From positions 112,530,001 through 112,594,000 of the forward strand of contig OZ260661.1 in assembly GCA_965285935.1 (NCBI GenBank): a stretch of 64,000 bases of DNA, in the 5' to 3' direction. Of the stretch, positions 38,701 to 52,000 are shown piece by piece; position 1 is the first letter of the stretch; each line of letters begins with the position of its first letter. The position numbers were made by a program, and so were the translations under genes. Origin of the DNA: Ophelia neglecta (lineage: Eukaryota). The notes beneath the pieces are model-generated. The model saw only the letters and a program-made list of their open reading frames with translations. It was not told the DNA's origin and did not search any database.

Positions 38701-41700
38701 TTTCACTGTATATATGTACATGTATATATATAAATTGAACTAGTTCAATGGCCAAGCTCTACATACCTTTGCCTCGGTGTTTCCTTGCCTGACTTGAGCC
38801 GCACTGAAAAGAAACAAGATATAAAGATCCAAATGAAAAAAAACTCGTGAAAGATGCATGAATAAAAACAAATTTTAAGGAGAATATCGTTTTCAACAAT
38901 AAAATGAACAGTAATGCAAAAGTACATTGAAGTATGTATTTCCATTAATTGGTAATTCACTGCACTAGATATTTTTAAAAAGAATTATTGCAGACCAGCA
39001 TCATGCTCGGTTACTTTGCCCGCCTGAACTTGAGGTTAACTATTTTGCTTAAGGGTTTGTTTAACCAACTAAAGGTAATGTTATATCTCATGTTATGCCT
39101 CATTCCAACTAAGCTCAATGAAAGGACTTAAAACTTAAAATTCTACAATAACACACGTTGCAGTAAAGTTCTTGGACTTAAATACGTGGTTTTTATCTGG
39201 GATATATCTAAAACAGTCTTTCGGACGAGCCAATATTACATCGCAAGAATTGACCAAACAGCTGTCAGTGACGTGAATAAATCGTTAGTTATTTTTAACG
39301 AAGGCAAGACGGTCAACACAACACATGTTTATTCTCATGCAGGCCTATCATATACCAGTAGAATTTGCAGTTGTTTTCCACGCTTGCCATTGTGACAGAA
39401 CTATAATGCCCTGGTATGAAGCTGAGGATCTGGTTTCTTTAATGTTATATGTTATAGAATTTCCTATTTTTGTCGAAAAATACAGCACGCTAGCTCACTC
39501 GTAGTGCTGAATTTAATCTGAAAAACGCTTTTCTGTCTCTCACCTGAGCGAAAATGAATAGCAAAATCAGTACCAGTACGTACAAGCTACAATGTGTTAC
39601 CTTATATGTTAGCACAAAGTACATAGAAATCTATTTACAGTGAAACCTGTGAATAAAGAGAACCAAAGGGACCGGAAAATACTGGTCTGATTGCAGAGGT
39701 GGTCTGTTATGACAGGCTATTTAACACTGAAAGTAAACTGGAAAGGCCTCATATAAGTGAGTTGTATTGACAGGTGGTCTGATTATAGAGGTGAATTTTA
39801 AGGCAGGATTCACTGTAATACTTCCACACATTGTGTGCTCGCCCCTATCAACCTGCCATGCTTACACCGGTAAGTTATCATCCTTACTAACTAATTACCT
39901 TGTAAGTAATTAACACTGTGGGCAGGGTGTCAATTAATTGCAATCTTAGGCTACAAATATAGGCTAATCATTAATGTAAAGGATCAAAAGTACGCAATAC
40001 ACACATAAATATAAATCGGTGACAAAGGTGCTAACTGACGTGTTGATATAATTCCTCCATATTTTACACTTCAGATAATCAATGCGATTAAACACTATTT
40101 AGGAAAATGCCATATTGTAAAAATAGGGAAATAAAAGTTAATATTAGACAGGTCACTAGTCTCCGACTTTGGATGTTATGCTTCAGGGCAGTACTCGATA
40201 TGTACCTACAGCAATCACTTCGCTCCCTCCCCCTGCTAGTCCTTGTCACCGTGAATTAATGTATTTAACTCTCTTTGTAGAAGCTGACTATGTGTCAAGG
40301 ACAGTGTGGCGTTGGAATTCAATTGCCGAACTCATATTTAGTGTTTTAATGTTATGGAGACAAAGAACATGTTCTACTTCACAACACGTAATTGCAGGAA
40401 ACGTTAATCATATATAAAATAAGAAATATTATTAAACATAAAATGGGTATATTCACTTCTAAAGAGGGAACATATAGCCTATCAGTTTTTTCAGAAACAA
40501 ATGTCGGTGGCTAATAGACACAATGAAATGTGAATAGCGAGTGCATCGCACACTATGAAACAATAAATTGATATTTTAACGTATAGTTTCATGTGTGTCA
40601 GTCTCCTGCAAAGTAGAGACAGGCCTTATTGCCGTTAACGTTTTCGTTGTGGCTTCACACTTCACTTCACACTTTTGATTTGTGAAAAAGTAATAGCAAT
40701 CTTTGTCCGGACTAAATAATTTGGCTGCCAGTAGCTCGGAATTTTAATTTACATATGGCTGGTGCATGTATTGTAACATGGAAGTGAATTTCTTGCCTAT
40801 TAGTAAAACGATCATGAATACCATATAGAAATAAAATGGAGAAGAAATATATACCAAACTAACCGAAAAAATTCTTTGTTGATGTAGGGGAGAGCGGGGC
40901 AATGTGATATTGTTGTGGTGAATATGGGAATAGGGATGGGAAGGGCCATGACGGGACTATTCTCATTTCGCCATGTAGTGTTTATTTTTTCCCCACTTAG
41001 GCTTTTTAATAACTATTCCATGCCACGGGAATTACCCCTCGTAAATCGAATGCATTCTCTTGAGGGCAAGTTGGACCAGAATGATACAAAAGGATGCAAC
41101 TCTAAAACATCATATAAAGAACAGAGCGTATCTTTGCAACGGTTTACTAAGGTACATAAAACCGAAATTTGCAATACGACATCATGTATAGTTAGGGCTG
41201 TTATATAAATGTAAGATCAAACATGCACCGGTAGGCCTATGTCACAAAAGGATAACCTGTTTTGCCTCACATTTTGTCCCACAGACGGGCCAAACCAAAA
41301 CGAGGCGTTTCAAGTTCCAGCTGGGTAAGGTTAGATATGTCTTTGCATCGCTTAAAGGTATATGAACACTTGCATGTTACGCCAGAAAAAAATTGACAGT
41401 GTTTTTCCGTCGACCCAGTAGCCAAGAGGAAAGCTCTTTCACTAATTTTATTCGGAATTGTTAATACGATTGAAAGCACCGTTCAAAATATATTCCGATA
41501 TGGTTTTTCATTGTTCTCAGTTCGTATATAAACAATATTATTTACAGCAATAAAAGCGTTTTGGTCATCTGTAGAACAAGAAGAAAAAAAATGACATGCC
41601 AAAAATATAAGGCATGTCATTTTTATGGTATCATACACACAGCATGGTTAAACAAACAATATGAATGAACGGGCTTGGCGGCGGCGGCGAGGGGGGGGGG

Positions 41701-42360
41701 GGGTAAAAAAATGCCGTTGTTTATGGTGATAAGTATATAGTTTCCTTGGTTTAATATGAGTACATTTTGTTATTCGCATGATTTATGTGCACTGGTTAAA
41801 CAAAGATAAGGTTGAAGTTGAACAGAGATTCATAAAACCCTGGGTTATCTTTGGTACAATTCAGCGCAGGGGATATTGGTGATAACTCCTCAAAGATAAG
41901 GGGCAACTTTGAACAATTGACTGAGGGCACTAAGATAAGACCAAAAATAGTCTAGTCCAAATCAGTGCATTTGGCCTACTCTAATCTTAGACAGCACCTC
42001 GATGACATTATAAACAATACCACACGCCTTTTTTATGCTGATTTGTGTTTCTTGCCAAGGATTCTGATTAAAACCTAAACATAATTATCTGTACACACTC
42101 GCTATATAACATTAGTTTTAATGTACTTTGGATGTTTAGAGGCTCGTTGTCAGAGTTTTCCCCTATCAAAAAGCCCAATACTTTTTAAATATATGTTTAA
42201 GGTAGAAATGAATATTTTTTTCAATAATGCCGATAAGCGAGAAAATGAAGCACAGGTGTACACACAGGACCAGAGGGATGGTATTAAAATGTGAATAGTA
42301 AAGAAGCAATCTTACCAAAACTCCAAGGAGCAATGCCACTGCTAGCAATTCTAGCTTCAT
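29739..42360 (-). CDS. Secreted giant multidomain protease-inhibitor-like protein: signal peptide, Kunitz x2, 60 antistasin-like repeats, Kunitz (about 2,206 aa)
   Basis: Exons 42360-42316 (MKLELLAVALLLGVL), 38803-38767 (CGSSQARKHRGK), 37181-36966 (Kunitz 1), 36721-36554 (Kunitz 2), 36085-30161 (5,925-nt antistasin array) and 29968-29739 (Kunitz 3, absent from the ORF track: CAQEPETGRCRASIERWHYD..FIYGGCRGNSNNF..C..YC). Total 6,621 nt, all GT-AG and in phase. Minus-strand AATAAA at 29498-29503. Confidence 0.9.
30333..32222 (-). repeat. Coding higher-order tandem array: ten 189-bp units (two antistasin repeats each) alternating as 378-bp AB-CD super-units
   Basis: Near-identical DNA units. Order along the protein: ABCD ABCD A'B ABCD ABCD AB. 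The 378/567-bp spacing of the shadow ORFs agrees. Confidence 0.93.
33369..33730 (-). repeat. 180-bp coding tandem duplication (60 aa) in the antistasin exon
   Basis: Sequence at 33369-33549 is repeated 180 bp later (CEHGFQKDVNGC..CGVIDCPEDCEK..CPPTSCYMH). Confidence 0.9.
38034..38209. mobile_element. CAGTGAAACCT-family MITE
   Basis: TA|CAGTGAAACCTGTGAATTAAGACCAC ... GTGGTCTTTAAGGCAGGTTTCACT. Confidence 0.8.
38594..38708. mobile_element. CAGTGAAACCT-family MITE (internally deleted)
   Basis: CAGTGAAGACTGTGAATTAAGACC ... GGTCTTTAAGGCAGGTTTCACTG|TA. Shares a long block with the copy at 38034. Confidence 0.8.
39638..39815. mobile_element. CAGTGAAACCT-family MITE with a TA TSD
   Basis: TA|CAGTGAAACCTGTGAAT ... 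AAGGCAGGATTCACTG|TA. Confidence 0.82.
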
Positions 42361-44180
42361 TTCACCAAATTATGAAGTTTTCAGTGGCTTGGTTCCTGAC
42401 TGCTGAACAGTTCATATGAAAAAAACACAGGGTTGTCACTAGTAGACAGAGCAAGTTAAAAGTTCAGCAATATGGTGTATTTGTAGTACGCCTAATGGTA
42501 ATTTTGATGAAGCGGTCTTCAAGAACCCCGAGTATGTTGTGCGCTTGCCACAGTGGACAGCACGGTATTTATCCTCAAATGCTTGGATTGTTTACCGGAT
42601 GTTAGCCACTACAATCTATGATTCACATGCCAGAAAGCTGACATCTACTGACACGGGCACTGACACCTGTATGCTAGCGGATAGCTGAAGAGAAGCTTTC
42701 GCGCCTCTGTAGAGTGAACTCTGACCCGTGACGCAAGTGCCGCGATGAATCCGGATTTGGAGATGCCCGTAACACCTTGCGGCGAACAATGGACGGTTAA
42801 TAATGTCCGACCTGATAACCTCGGCAAACTTAAAGAAAAAAAACCTGTTATCGCTCGAAAGGGTTAGTCGGTGAGGAGCAGGCCTACCCAACTATACAGC
42901 CCTATAAATACTCGTATAATACTTAGTTAGGCCTGCAGACGACACGGGGCAAGGATCAGCTGTGACTTGTCTTCAGAAACTGAATAAACTAAACAAATGG
43001 CCTGGGAATGCAAAACAGACAGGACAAAAAACCTGGGATGTTGCGCAGACTTTGACAAAAAAAACAGTAGCAGAACACTAGGGATTGGGAAATATAATAT
43101 GCACAATATTGAAAATGTATTGTAGCAAACATATGATAAGTAAAGCAACACCTAAACAGTTCTACCGCTAGCGGTATTGTTTTTATTAAAATTGCATACC
43201 TCGTCCAAGACAATTATTAATTAGGTTTATGTTTAGTTTGAATGTCATGTTGCAAATCTGGTGTGATGTTTTCCTATTATATTATTCATTTAAACCACAC
43301 AAGGAGACACATGATTGTTTGCAGCTGTTTGGAGATGTTTCCAAATTAAGTGCATGCTCAATGAGAGGCGGCAAGTTCTAGTCAATAAAAGTGCTGCTGT
43401 TTTAAACATAGATAATAGTGATAAATCAGTGGTCATCGTTTTACCATGTGCAGTTAATATTATTGAACCAGAAAACAGACACAGATATTCGAAACTTGGA
43501 CTTCATCACTTGAGCAGAAACCCAGTGAGCTACTCATTTTAACCTATATACGAGTTGATTATACAGTTTTGACCCAAGTTTGACTTGACTGTTCAACTCT
43601 GGTTGACCCCAACTTAACTTGTCCAAAAGCCCCGGGGTTAAACCAAATTTCGATCAACCCCTATGCCAGGGAACCCTATTGCTGACGACATGTTGCAAAT
43701 AACAACGGATACCATATAATATAACACTGTGAAATACATTGAATTCAATAAACTATGCACACGTTGGGTAAGATCAATCCATGATTTTCAAACTATCAAC
43801 TAGGATGTTTTTATGTTTATGACTTTAGAGCATACTGTATAATTAAACAGGTTTTTGTTGTGCCCCCCCCCCCCCCCTCACACACACCCACAAGAGCAGA
43901 CGATTGGCACCAATGTCTCGAGGACCAGTGACACTTGGCAGCTGACACGGTTCACTTTACTCAAGGATGCATATGTAGAGCTGGAGTGTGCCATAATAGG
44001 TGGGCCCAATGCAGTTGTGCGTTCACATACACGCCCCCAAATTTTTGACTGCTTTGTTTTTCTCGAATTAAGTAGTCCAATCTATTAGGAACAAATTGAA
44101 AACAGTCACTGAGAAAAACATCCTCTTTTCTAGAGGATAGCAATAGGTTTACACGGGATGTGCCACCTGATGTTTAGGTT

Positions 44181-44331
44181 TAGTGAAACTACATTGGAAA
44201 TCACCTGTGTAATAAGATCACCTGCCCACTAAGGTCACTAAATTATAGCCCAATCTCCATATATGCTTGGGTTAAGTGACCTAGCTGCCTATTCCAGACC
44301 CTTGGCTGACCCGACTAGATATGTTTCACTC
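44181..44331. mobile_element. Degenerate CAGTGAAACCT-family MITE
   Basis: AGTGAAAC..TCACCTGTGTAATAAGATCACCTGCCCACTAAGGTCA..ATGTTTCACT, collinear with the copy at 29158. Confidence 0.6.
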
Positions 44332-46065
44332 TATATAATGTTAACTGACGTATATTTTCATAAAAGATATATAGTATAATTGCAAGAGTCAATTTATTCA
44401 GCCGATTATAAGCAAACCATCTGGAATACAGATATGGCGCTTGGAAAACTGTCCTGTCAATCTTTGTTTATAAAAGTTGAAATTAGTAAAAACGGTATCA
44501 TAAAATTCACAACAGTGTTGAGACTTTTGGTTCGTTGTTAAATGATTCAATGTGCACAATCATTTTGTTGTTTTAAACATATTGCCTACACGAGGATGCG
44601 AATTGGGAGTGATTTGAATATGTTTTTTAGTAAAAGTGATCAACAGATTCATATTCTATTTATTATATGATGGTTTGATTTTGATTTTTTACAATACAGC
44701 TTTGCAGCTAATTGGAAGAAGATAATAATTCTTTCAACATATGCAATGCGTAGAATTTCACGCATCTTAAATTATAAATATTATACCCAAACAAGACTTA
44801 TAAGATGCAATTGTCAAATAACAATAACAAGATAACATTTATGTCCTGGTTCATGTGTATATGTAATTAAATTAAATCGTACAGCAGGATATTGGGTAGA
44901 TGACAGATAACGCCTCTTTCTTTTCAAGTCTTATCTCAACACATGCTTAAAAAGGATTATTGATAAGGTCGGAACGTTCAATGACTTATCTATATGTCCT
45001 CAGGAATATGAGTGGGCATCGATAGATTACCAGCAAATATTGTGAATGATAATATCCTTAATTAATTATGCTATATTAATATACATGTCTTATACGATAG
45101 TATTATACATAAGTGAACTTCATCCTGCCCATATCTTCAAGAACTTAATTGATTTTTAAAAACAAATTTATCCATATTTTGTTTGTTGCGTAATTCATTA
45201 ATGGAAATTCACATGTTGTAGTAAGTCAGACGTTTATTGTCAGTTAATTCCAAGTCAAATAAAAAGTTAAAGTCGAAGTACGGTTTGATCAATACATAGT
45301 TTATTTATCGTGATAAACTGTACACGGCTGACAAGCCTGTCACATACCTGCCTGTAGACATGAAATCACTTTCTTTAACATTAGCATCTCCAAAACTGAC
45401 TTAAAATTGGCGTGATAAAAAGCAAAACTTAATGCAGTGCAGGCCTACTTTAAAAAATGTGTAACACAATACTTCAATATATCCAATTTGATTGGTTTTA
45501 CTTTGCCAGAATTTTAAAAGATTCTTCTAAGACTAGAGTACCTTAGGCTAATGAAAGTCAAATACCATTGGTATATCTAAATGAACATGTACAGTCAAAA
45601 AGTACAAGCACTACTATCCCGGTAAATGCTCTGGCATTTAAAGCAGAGTACTGAGGCTGCTGAGGTGAGATCAGACAAACACACATCCTAAGGTGATGCT
45701 TTAAAAAACTCATTATACTTTCTTATCACAGTAAAACGCCGGCAAAATCTTCTTTCCTTTCAAATTGACCGACAAAGATTGATACAGACAGAACAATGTT
45801 ATTCATATCAAAAAACGATACTTAAATCATTTCATCAAATCCCGCTGGTCTGTACAATGCACAATACTACTACCATCTATGCGAATGTGACCGTGAAAAA
45901 GCAATCAATGCTGTGAGAACTAAAAACCAAAGTTAAGTCATCGTTAAACACACGGAATTGTTTTTTTTCCAATATCACAATGCTGCTTATCTATACAAGT
46001 TCACCACGAACTATATAATCATTTTATTGCTGTTGCCATGGTTATATATATTTAATGGAAGGCCA

Positions 46066-49000
46066 TCAGCTTTCTTCGTCTTTTTCCAGCGCTGGATTGT
46101 CCACTCCTAACTCTTCATCGGATACTAGGTCGGCTGCAACATAAGTTAAAGGTCATGGTTTATAACATGGACGCTTAGCGCTGCAAAATTCCAAATATCC
46201 ATGAGAACAGAATCAGAGGATAGCAGATGAAGACAACAAGCCTTACTTGTATCTGCCGTACGCGGGTCAAGGACTTCCGGGTCATTTCGGCTGAACCTGA
46301 CCGACTTTCGGCGACTTTTACCACGTGGCCTTCGACCTGCATTTCTTGTAAGAGGTCGTGGTCGCAAGGGGCGCTTTCTCCTAGAAAACATATTTGAGAA
46401 TATGTGATGAATAGATTTTAAAACTCGTACGAACCTGTCATTGTTAGCCTGATTAGATACCGAAATACTATCGAATTAGCTGCAGGTATCAAAGCATTCT
46501 TATAATAGAAGGTGGTAGGTTGATTCTGTCTGCATTCGACATTTAAATATTCGCTAAGTGCAAAACGTGAATATGAAACGTGTGTATTATATTTGATACT
46601 TACTTTGCCTGGTATGTCCGCCAGACAATTTCAACGACCAATAAAAGGAAGAGCAAACTAAAGATCACGGACAGCACCCCGATCACCACTGAGATAAAAG
46701 TAAATAATACTTGGATAGAAATCAATCACCATCCAGACTTCTCACAATATGTCTCCGATTGTAATTACAAACAGCACATTGAGGTCATTGATAAGTTTTT
46801 GAGACGCAGGGAATCTAGGTGTCGCCAAATGGAAGCATACACTATAAATTACTCTGGGTGAAAAAATCGGAAACTGTGTTAATGTGTTAATTAAGAGTCA
46901 ACGAGGCATTCGGAAAAACCGACAAGTTTAATTGTAGCTTCCTAAAAACCTCACGTACTTCTGATAATATTTTTACACTGTTGAGTCTAATCTATAGACT
47001 ACTGGCTACTGAGAAAAAAAAATTATGTATTGTTCGTAGACTTCTTTAAGGCATTTGACATTATAGAACGGCACATTCTCTTCCATAATTAACTCGGGAC
47101 TTCATTGCAGGGTCATGGATACGTTAAAGGTTTTTATCATAAAACCAAATTCCGTTTAAAATGCAAGGAAAGGCTAAGAACATTGGTCGAAAACACGATC
47201 GGTGTCAACCAAGGACTAAGGTTAGCATCGACTTGTTTAGGAATATGGGTGGTGTCGAAAAGTGGTGTCTCTCTTTTGGAGAGAGTGCACCTGCAGTATC
47301 GCAAACAAGAACTGGGTGCCAAATCATCTACCTGAACTCTGGCTATTTATGGTGAATGTGGTGAAAGATTTTGTGACGTTTTGGCTTATGGTCTAAAATG
47401 TGGACAAATTATATAAAAAATAGCAATTATTATTGATATCATGAATTGGAGTATTCCATAGAATCGGGCACTAAAATATTGACTATATGTGAAAAACGAA
47501 GCAAATTTATAGTTATAATTGATAATCTGAAGCTGATTTTGTTGATTATCTCAAAACTATGAAATGTCTCTCCGGCCATTTTGGCATTAATCGGACGATA
47601 TATATTATTAATGGTCCAACAGTAGTGTGATCTCTGGTGGTTTTGTCAGCTAGTCACTTTTTTGTGTGGGCGGTGGTCATTACGGGGAAAGACATAGAGA
47701 CATTGATGTAGAATGTCTGTTTGTTCGCATTGCTAGCTTGTGTTGTGTAAATATATACTGCATGCAATATTCTTGTGATGTGTCGTTAGTAACTATTTAC
47801 CAATGGTATATATTAAACAGAAATAAAAAATAAACTTAAACTTGAACTTGTACCCCCCCCCCCCCCCGCCCCGCCCTATCCTCGTAGAACATATGATTGT
47901 GTCTTCAAAAAATGAGACTAGTTCGGCCATGACAAAAGAATTGACAAGTAGGCCTATCGTACGATAGATATAGGAATAATACTTACACCCCCACGGAGTG
48001 TCACAGATGTTATCTGTACACCTGGAAAATAAACACTTCACAATCAGGACATGTCACCTCCTCAGATATTAGCACGATTTTAAATTATAAGAGTAAATAA
48101 CGAAGAAATAAAAACAATCTTTTAATTTTCCTTTTAGAGGATAAAACGTTGAAAAATGAGACCAACCCATAACGGCGTTTTCGGAATGCTAATATGAGCC
48201 TTGGTTTCTCTGCAAGATAGATGTGCAAAAGTGTGAAAAGGAGAAAGTTGTCCGAGTGACGGAACGAGGCTCCCCGATGATCGTGCGGTGGATAATTTTT
48301 CTAATACTACTGAGGTGTATGCAACTATTAACTTGTAAACAAGAAACCCCATGCATAAGAAAATATCACACTGAGTTTTATACTTTCCTGTGTTTTACCA
48401 AAATGAGAGCACCAGCTAAACTTTGTGAATAAGTGCAATGTAGATATAAAGATCAAGAAAAAGGGTGTTACATCAATGAAGTGGACAGTTCTGAAAATAC
48501 ATGCAAAGGAAAACTATCATGACAGCAATGGTGTTAAATGAATGTGACTAAACCAAGAGAGAGAGAAACTAAAACCTTTGTGGATGCTGTTGCAACGATA
48601 ATTAATCATATTTATAACATTTTAAAATGTGTTAAAGGGCATGCAATAATTGGTTGTGCAACACAAAATTTGACATCTGGATTCCACCAATTGAATTTAC
48701 CCGGAAGATCTCTGCGCCGATGGTCCTGATATATTTCTGTTGGAAATTGTTTGGTTATCACCAGTAGTGTTACTGTATATAGTGGATGTTTCCAGCGGTA
48801 CCGATGAAGATTGGTCTACTGTAGCATTTTCATCCAGCACAGTCCATGAACCAAATGGAGTTTCAGTTTTGGAAGTCGACTGCGCATCAGTGACTGTCAT
48901 ATTGAGGGTAGTAGTATCTGCAGTTTTCGAATTCTGAGCAGATGGTGTCGAAATGCTTCTGCTGGAAGTTGTTTGGGTATTGCCAGTAGTGTTATCGTAC

Positions 49001-52000
49001 TCAAATAAAGTGGAAGTTTCCAGTCGTCCCGATGAAGTTTGATAGTCGACAGTAGTGTTAATATTCAACATAGACGACGAACCAACCGACCACGGCATAT
49101 CAGTTTTGGGAACAGATTTCGAGCTAGTAGTAACTGTGATTCTGGGAGTAGTGGTGACTTCAGCTGACGATTCCTGAGCTGATGTTCCCGACACGTTTCT
49201 TCTGGAAGTCATTTGGTCATCGCCAGTACTGTTATTGTACTCAAATGAGGTTGACGTTTCCAACCGTGCTGATGAAGTTTGGTAATAGTCAGTGGTGTTT
49301 TCATCCAACACAAATGATGAACTAAATGGCGTTTTGGAAACTGACTGCGAATTAGTGACTGTGATTCTCTTAGTAGTAGCGGTGGTAAATGAAGCTGAAA
49401 GCAGGTTGTTAGAATTTATGCAAAATATCACATGCTTATTAGAATCATCTACATTTCGACAAAAGTGGGCCGTTACTGCAGCATTTTCAAAGGGGGAACA
49501 TTACATTTCTGGAATGAAGCCAGAGTTTGCCATGTAATTCTAAAACCAGATTGCAAATTCCTCACGGGTGTCCCAAAAGATACAGAAATGAAATTTAATA
49601 TTCCGTGACAGCAACGGGGATGAACGTACTTTATGTCTAAATCACATGTTATACAGACAGAATAATCCTTTAGTTCTACATATGGCTATTTACGCAGTAA
49701 AATATTGCTTATGCTCTTCCTAGCTATAATCACCAATAGATTAATGGAAGGGGGATGCCTGTTTTACTGTAACAACATTCCTTGAATGCCATCTTGATAT
49801 GACAACCACCTATAAGTGTACGTAAAAAGCATAAACTTGTCGTCTGTTCCAATTTAACGACTTACCAATTCATTTACTGGTGCTATGATTGATCTTTAAT
49901 TTAATAACCCAAACCTAAGCCATTCATTTATTCCATCAGCATTTTTCACTGGCTATAAATCGGTTTGGGTAGGGTTACTATAGAGTATCAGGCGATGCTA
50001 AGAGGTCAATGTAGCTTTCACCATATATCTTTTGCCTACGTCATTAACACGATGCCGATTGACCTCCGGTAGAGGCGCCACGGCTTGGCAACTGAGTTAC
50101 AGAGTTTAGAATACATATTCATCTTTATCATCAAATAGCATGTCTTGTTCCGTTTGCTGCCGGAGTTTGATCAACCCAATGAAACGATGTGTTGTTTATA
50201 TATGCAAGATATAATTTGCGAGTAACCACAGATATAAATCGTTATTTTATTAGATAAAACAAATACTTCAAATGAGACAGACAATTTTACTGCATGCCGA
50301 AGTATTGTTAATAATGGTGAATTTGGTGAGAATTTTTTTTTTTTTTGGTTCTCAAAAGTTACAATTCACATGACTTTCATTTTCGAATACATGACAGGGA
50401 AAGAAGCAATCGAATTTAGCAAGATAACTTAACCACATCAAATCAAGAGTCTCTGAAGTGGGCACATTAGCATTCAAATTATGTTACCTACAATTGATTA
50501 TGAAACACTATTTACCATGTAAGAAACACACTAATATAATAACCTACCTTCACATTTGCGGCCAGGAAAGTTTTTATCCTCAGTTTTATCTCTATAATCT
50601 AAATTGCAAACGCAGTCGAAGTAACCTATTTTATTGTAACAGCTGGCAAATTGATCACAGTCGTGTAATGGCGGAGATATGGACGGGTCACACTCAATAA
50701 GATCTATAAAATAAAACCTTTTGTAATTGTATATGTGCATTTTCACTGGGATCCAAAAAAGTAGGGATTGGAAACGATGAAGACCTTCAAAGAAACTACA
50801 AAGTTGGCCATCGTTTGTGTAACAAGATCTGTTTCTTGTATCCCAGATTTTCATTTTCATTTACGAATTGGTCTCTATCATATCTAGAGCAGGCTCGTTA
50901 CACTGAATGGAGGAAAATTAAGTAAATTCATAAAGGTATTATTACCTCCAAGTGTAGCATTAAAGGGTTGTGGAATGTACATTCGGCTCTCCCCAAGTTC
51001 ACCGCCATACCTGTGAATATTCATTAAAAAAGCAATTAGTTGATTGACATGTTAACGTGGTGTTTGTTTTTTAATAAGAAAAATAGAAAACACTTACTGA
51101 TAAATAAAATCCATGAACTCTTCTAAGACCTCACCGAGACGAACTGTCTCGTTGGACAAGAAGTAGATGGCTACTTTGACCTGGACTCCCGGGTCAGCGT
51201 TAGCCACTGATATTAGCCTACTGCCCCGGAAGATGCTGGCCAAACTCCCATTAAGAAATACTAAGTTTACCTGGCAAATGGGCGAAATGGAAATAGGTTA
51301 CAAGGAAGGAATGTTCATATACGCTTGTGTTAAATGGCCATTCTTTGTGGCTGCAATGCATCTGGATATCTTCAAACCGATAAGCCGATAAACACAGTTA
51401 TAAACATAGACACAAATAAGTTAATGGTAATACCCCAGCTTCTTCTATCCGATTGAAAAAGTCCGAGTCGTTTGTGAGAGATGGGGAGTAAAGGAGGGGG
51501 AAAATGTCGTAAACACCATGGTATTCTGTCAAATCAAACTGCAAAACTAGAGATGTCGCACCTGTACAAAATAAAAATAAATAACAAGCATTAAAAAATT
51601 ATATAAACAAGCCTTCAAATATTAAAATGCAAACAAGTTTGACATTAATTAAGTATTTTATATATAAATAAAAGACTAACATGAAACATTGCATCCTTGT
51701 GTGTACACAAACTAGATACATGCAGACCAGGGACTAATTTTCATTTACTTTCTGAGAAATGGAGATATGTTAATGCATTAGTCTATATGGTTAATATGAT
51801 CTATTTGCACAGACATGTATGTACATTTGACAATTTGCCGTGGTTTATATATGAGTTGAGAAACTGGTGGTAAAACTAGAATTTTAAAGCCACCCGGCTG
51901 GCAGTATTAAAATCATTCAGCGCTATCAGAATATATCTTTTCGTTCCCCAGCGGAACACAAAGTCATTATTTATGCAGCCTAGGTGATTAGTATATTTTA

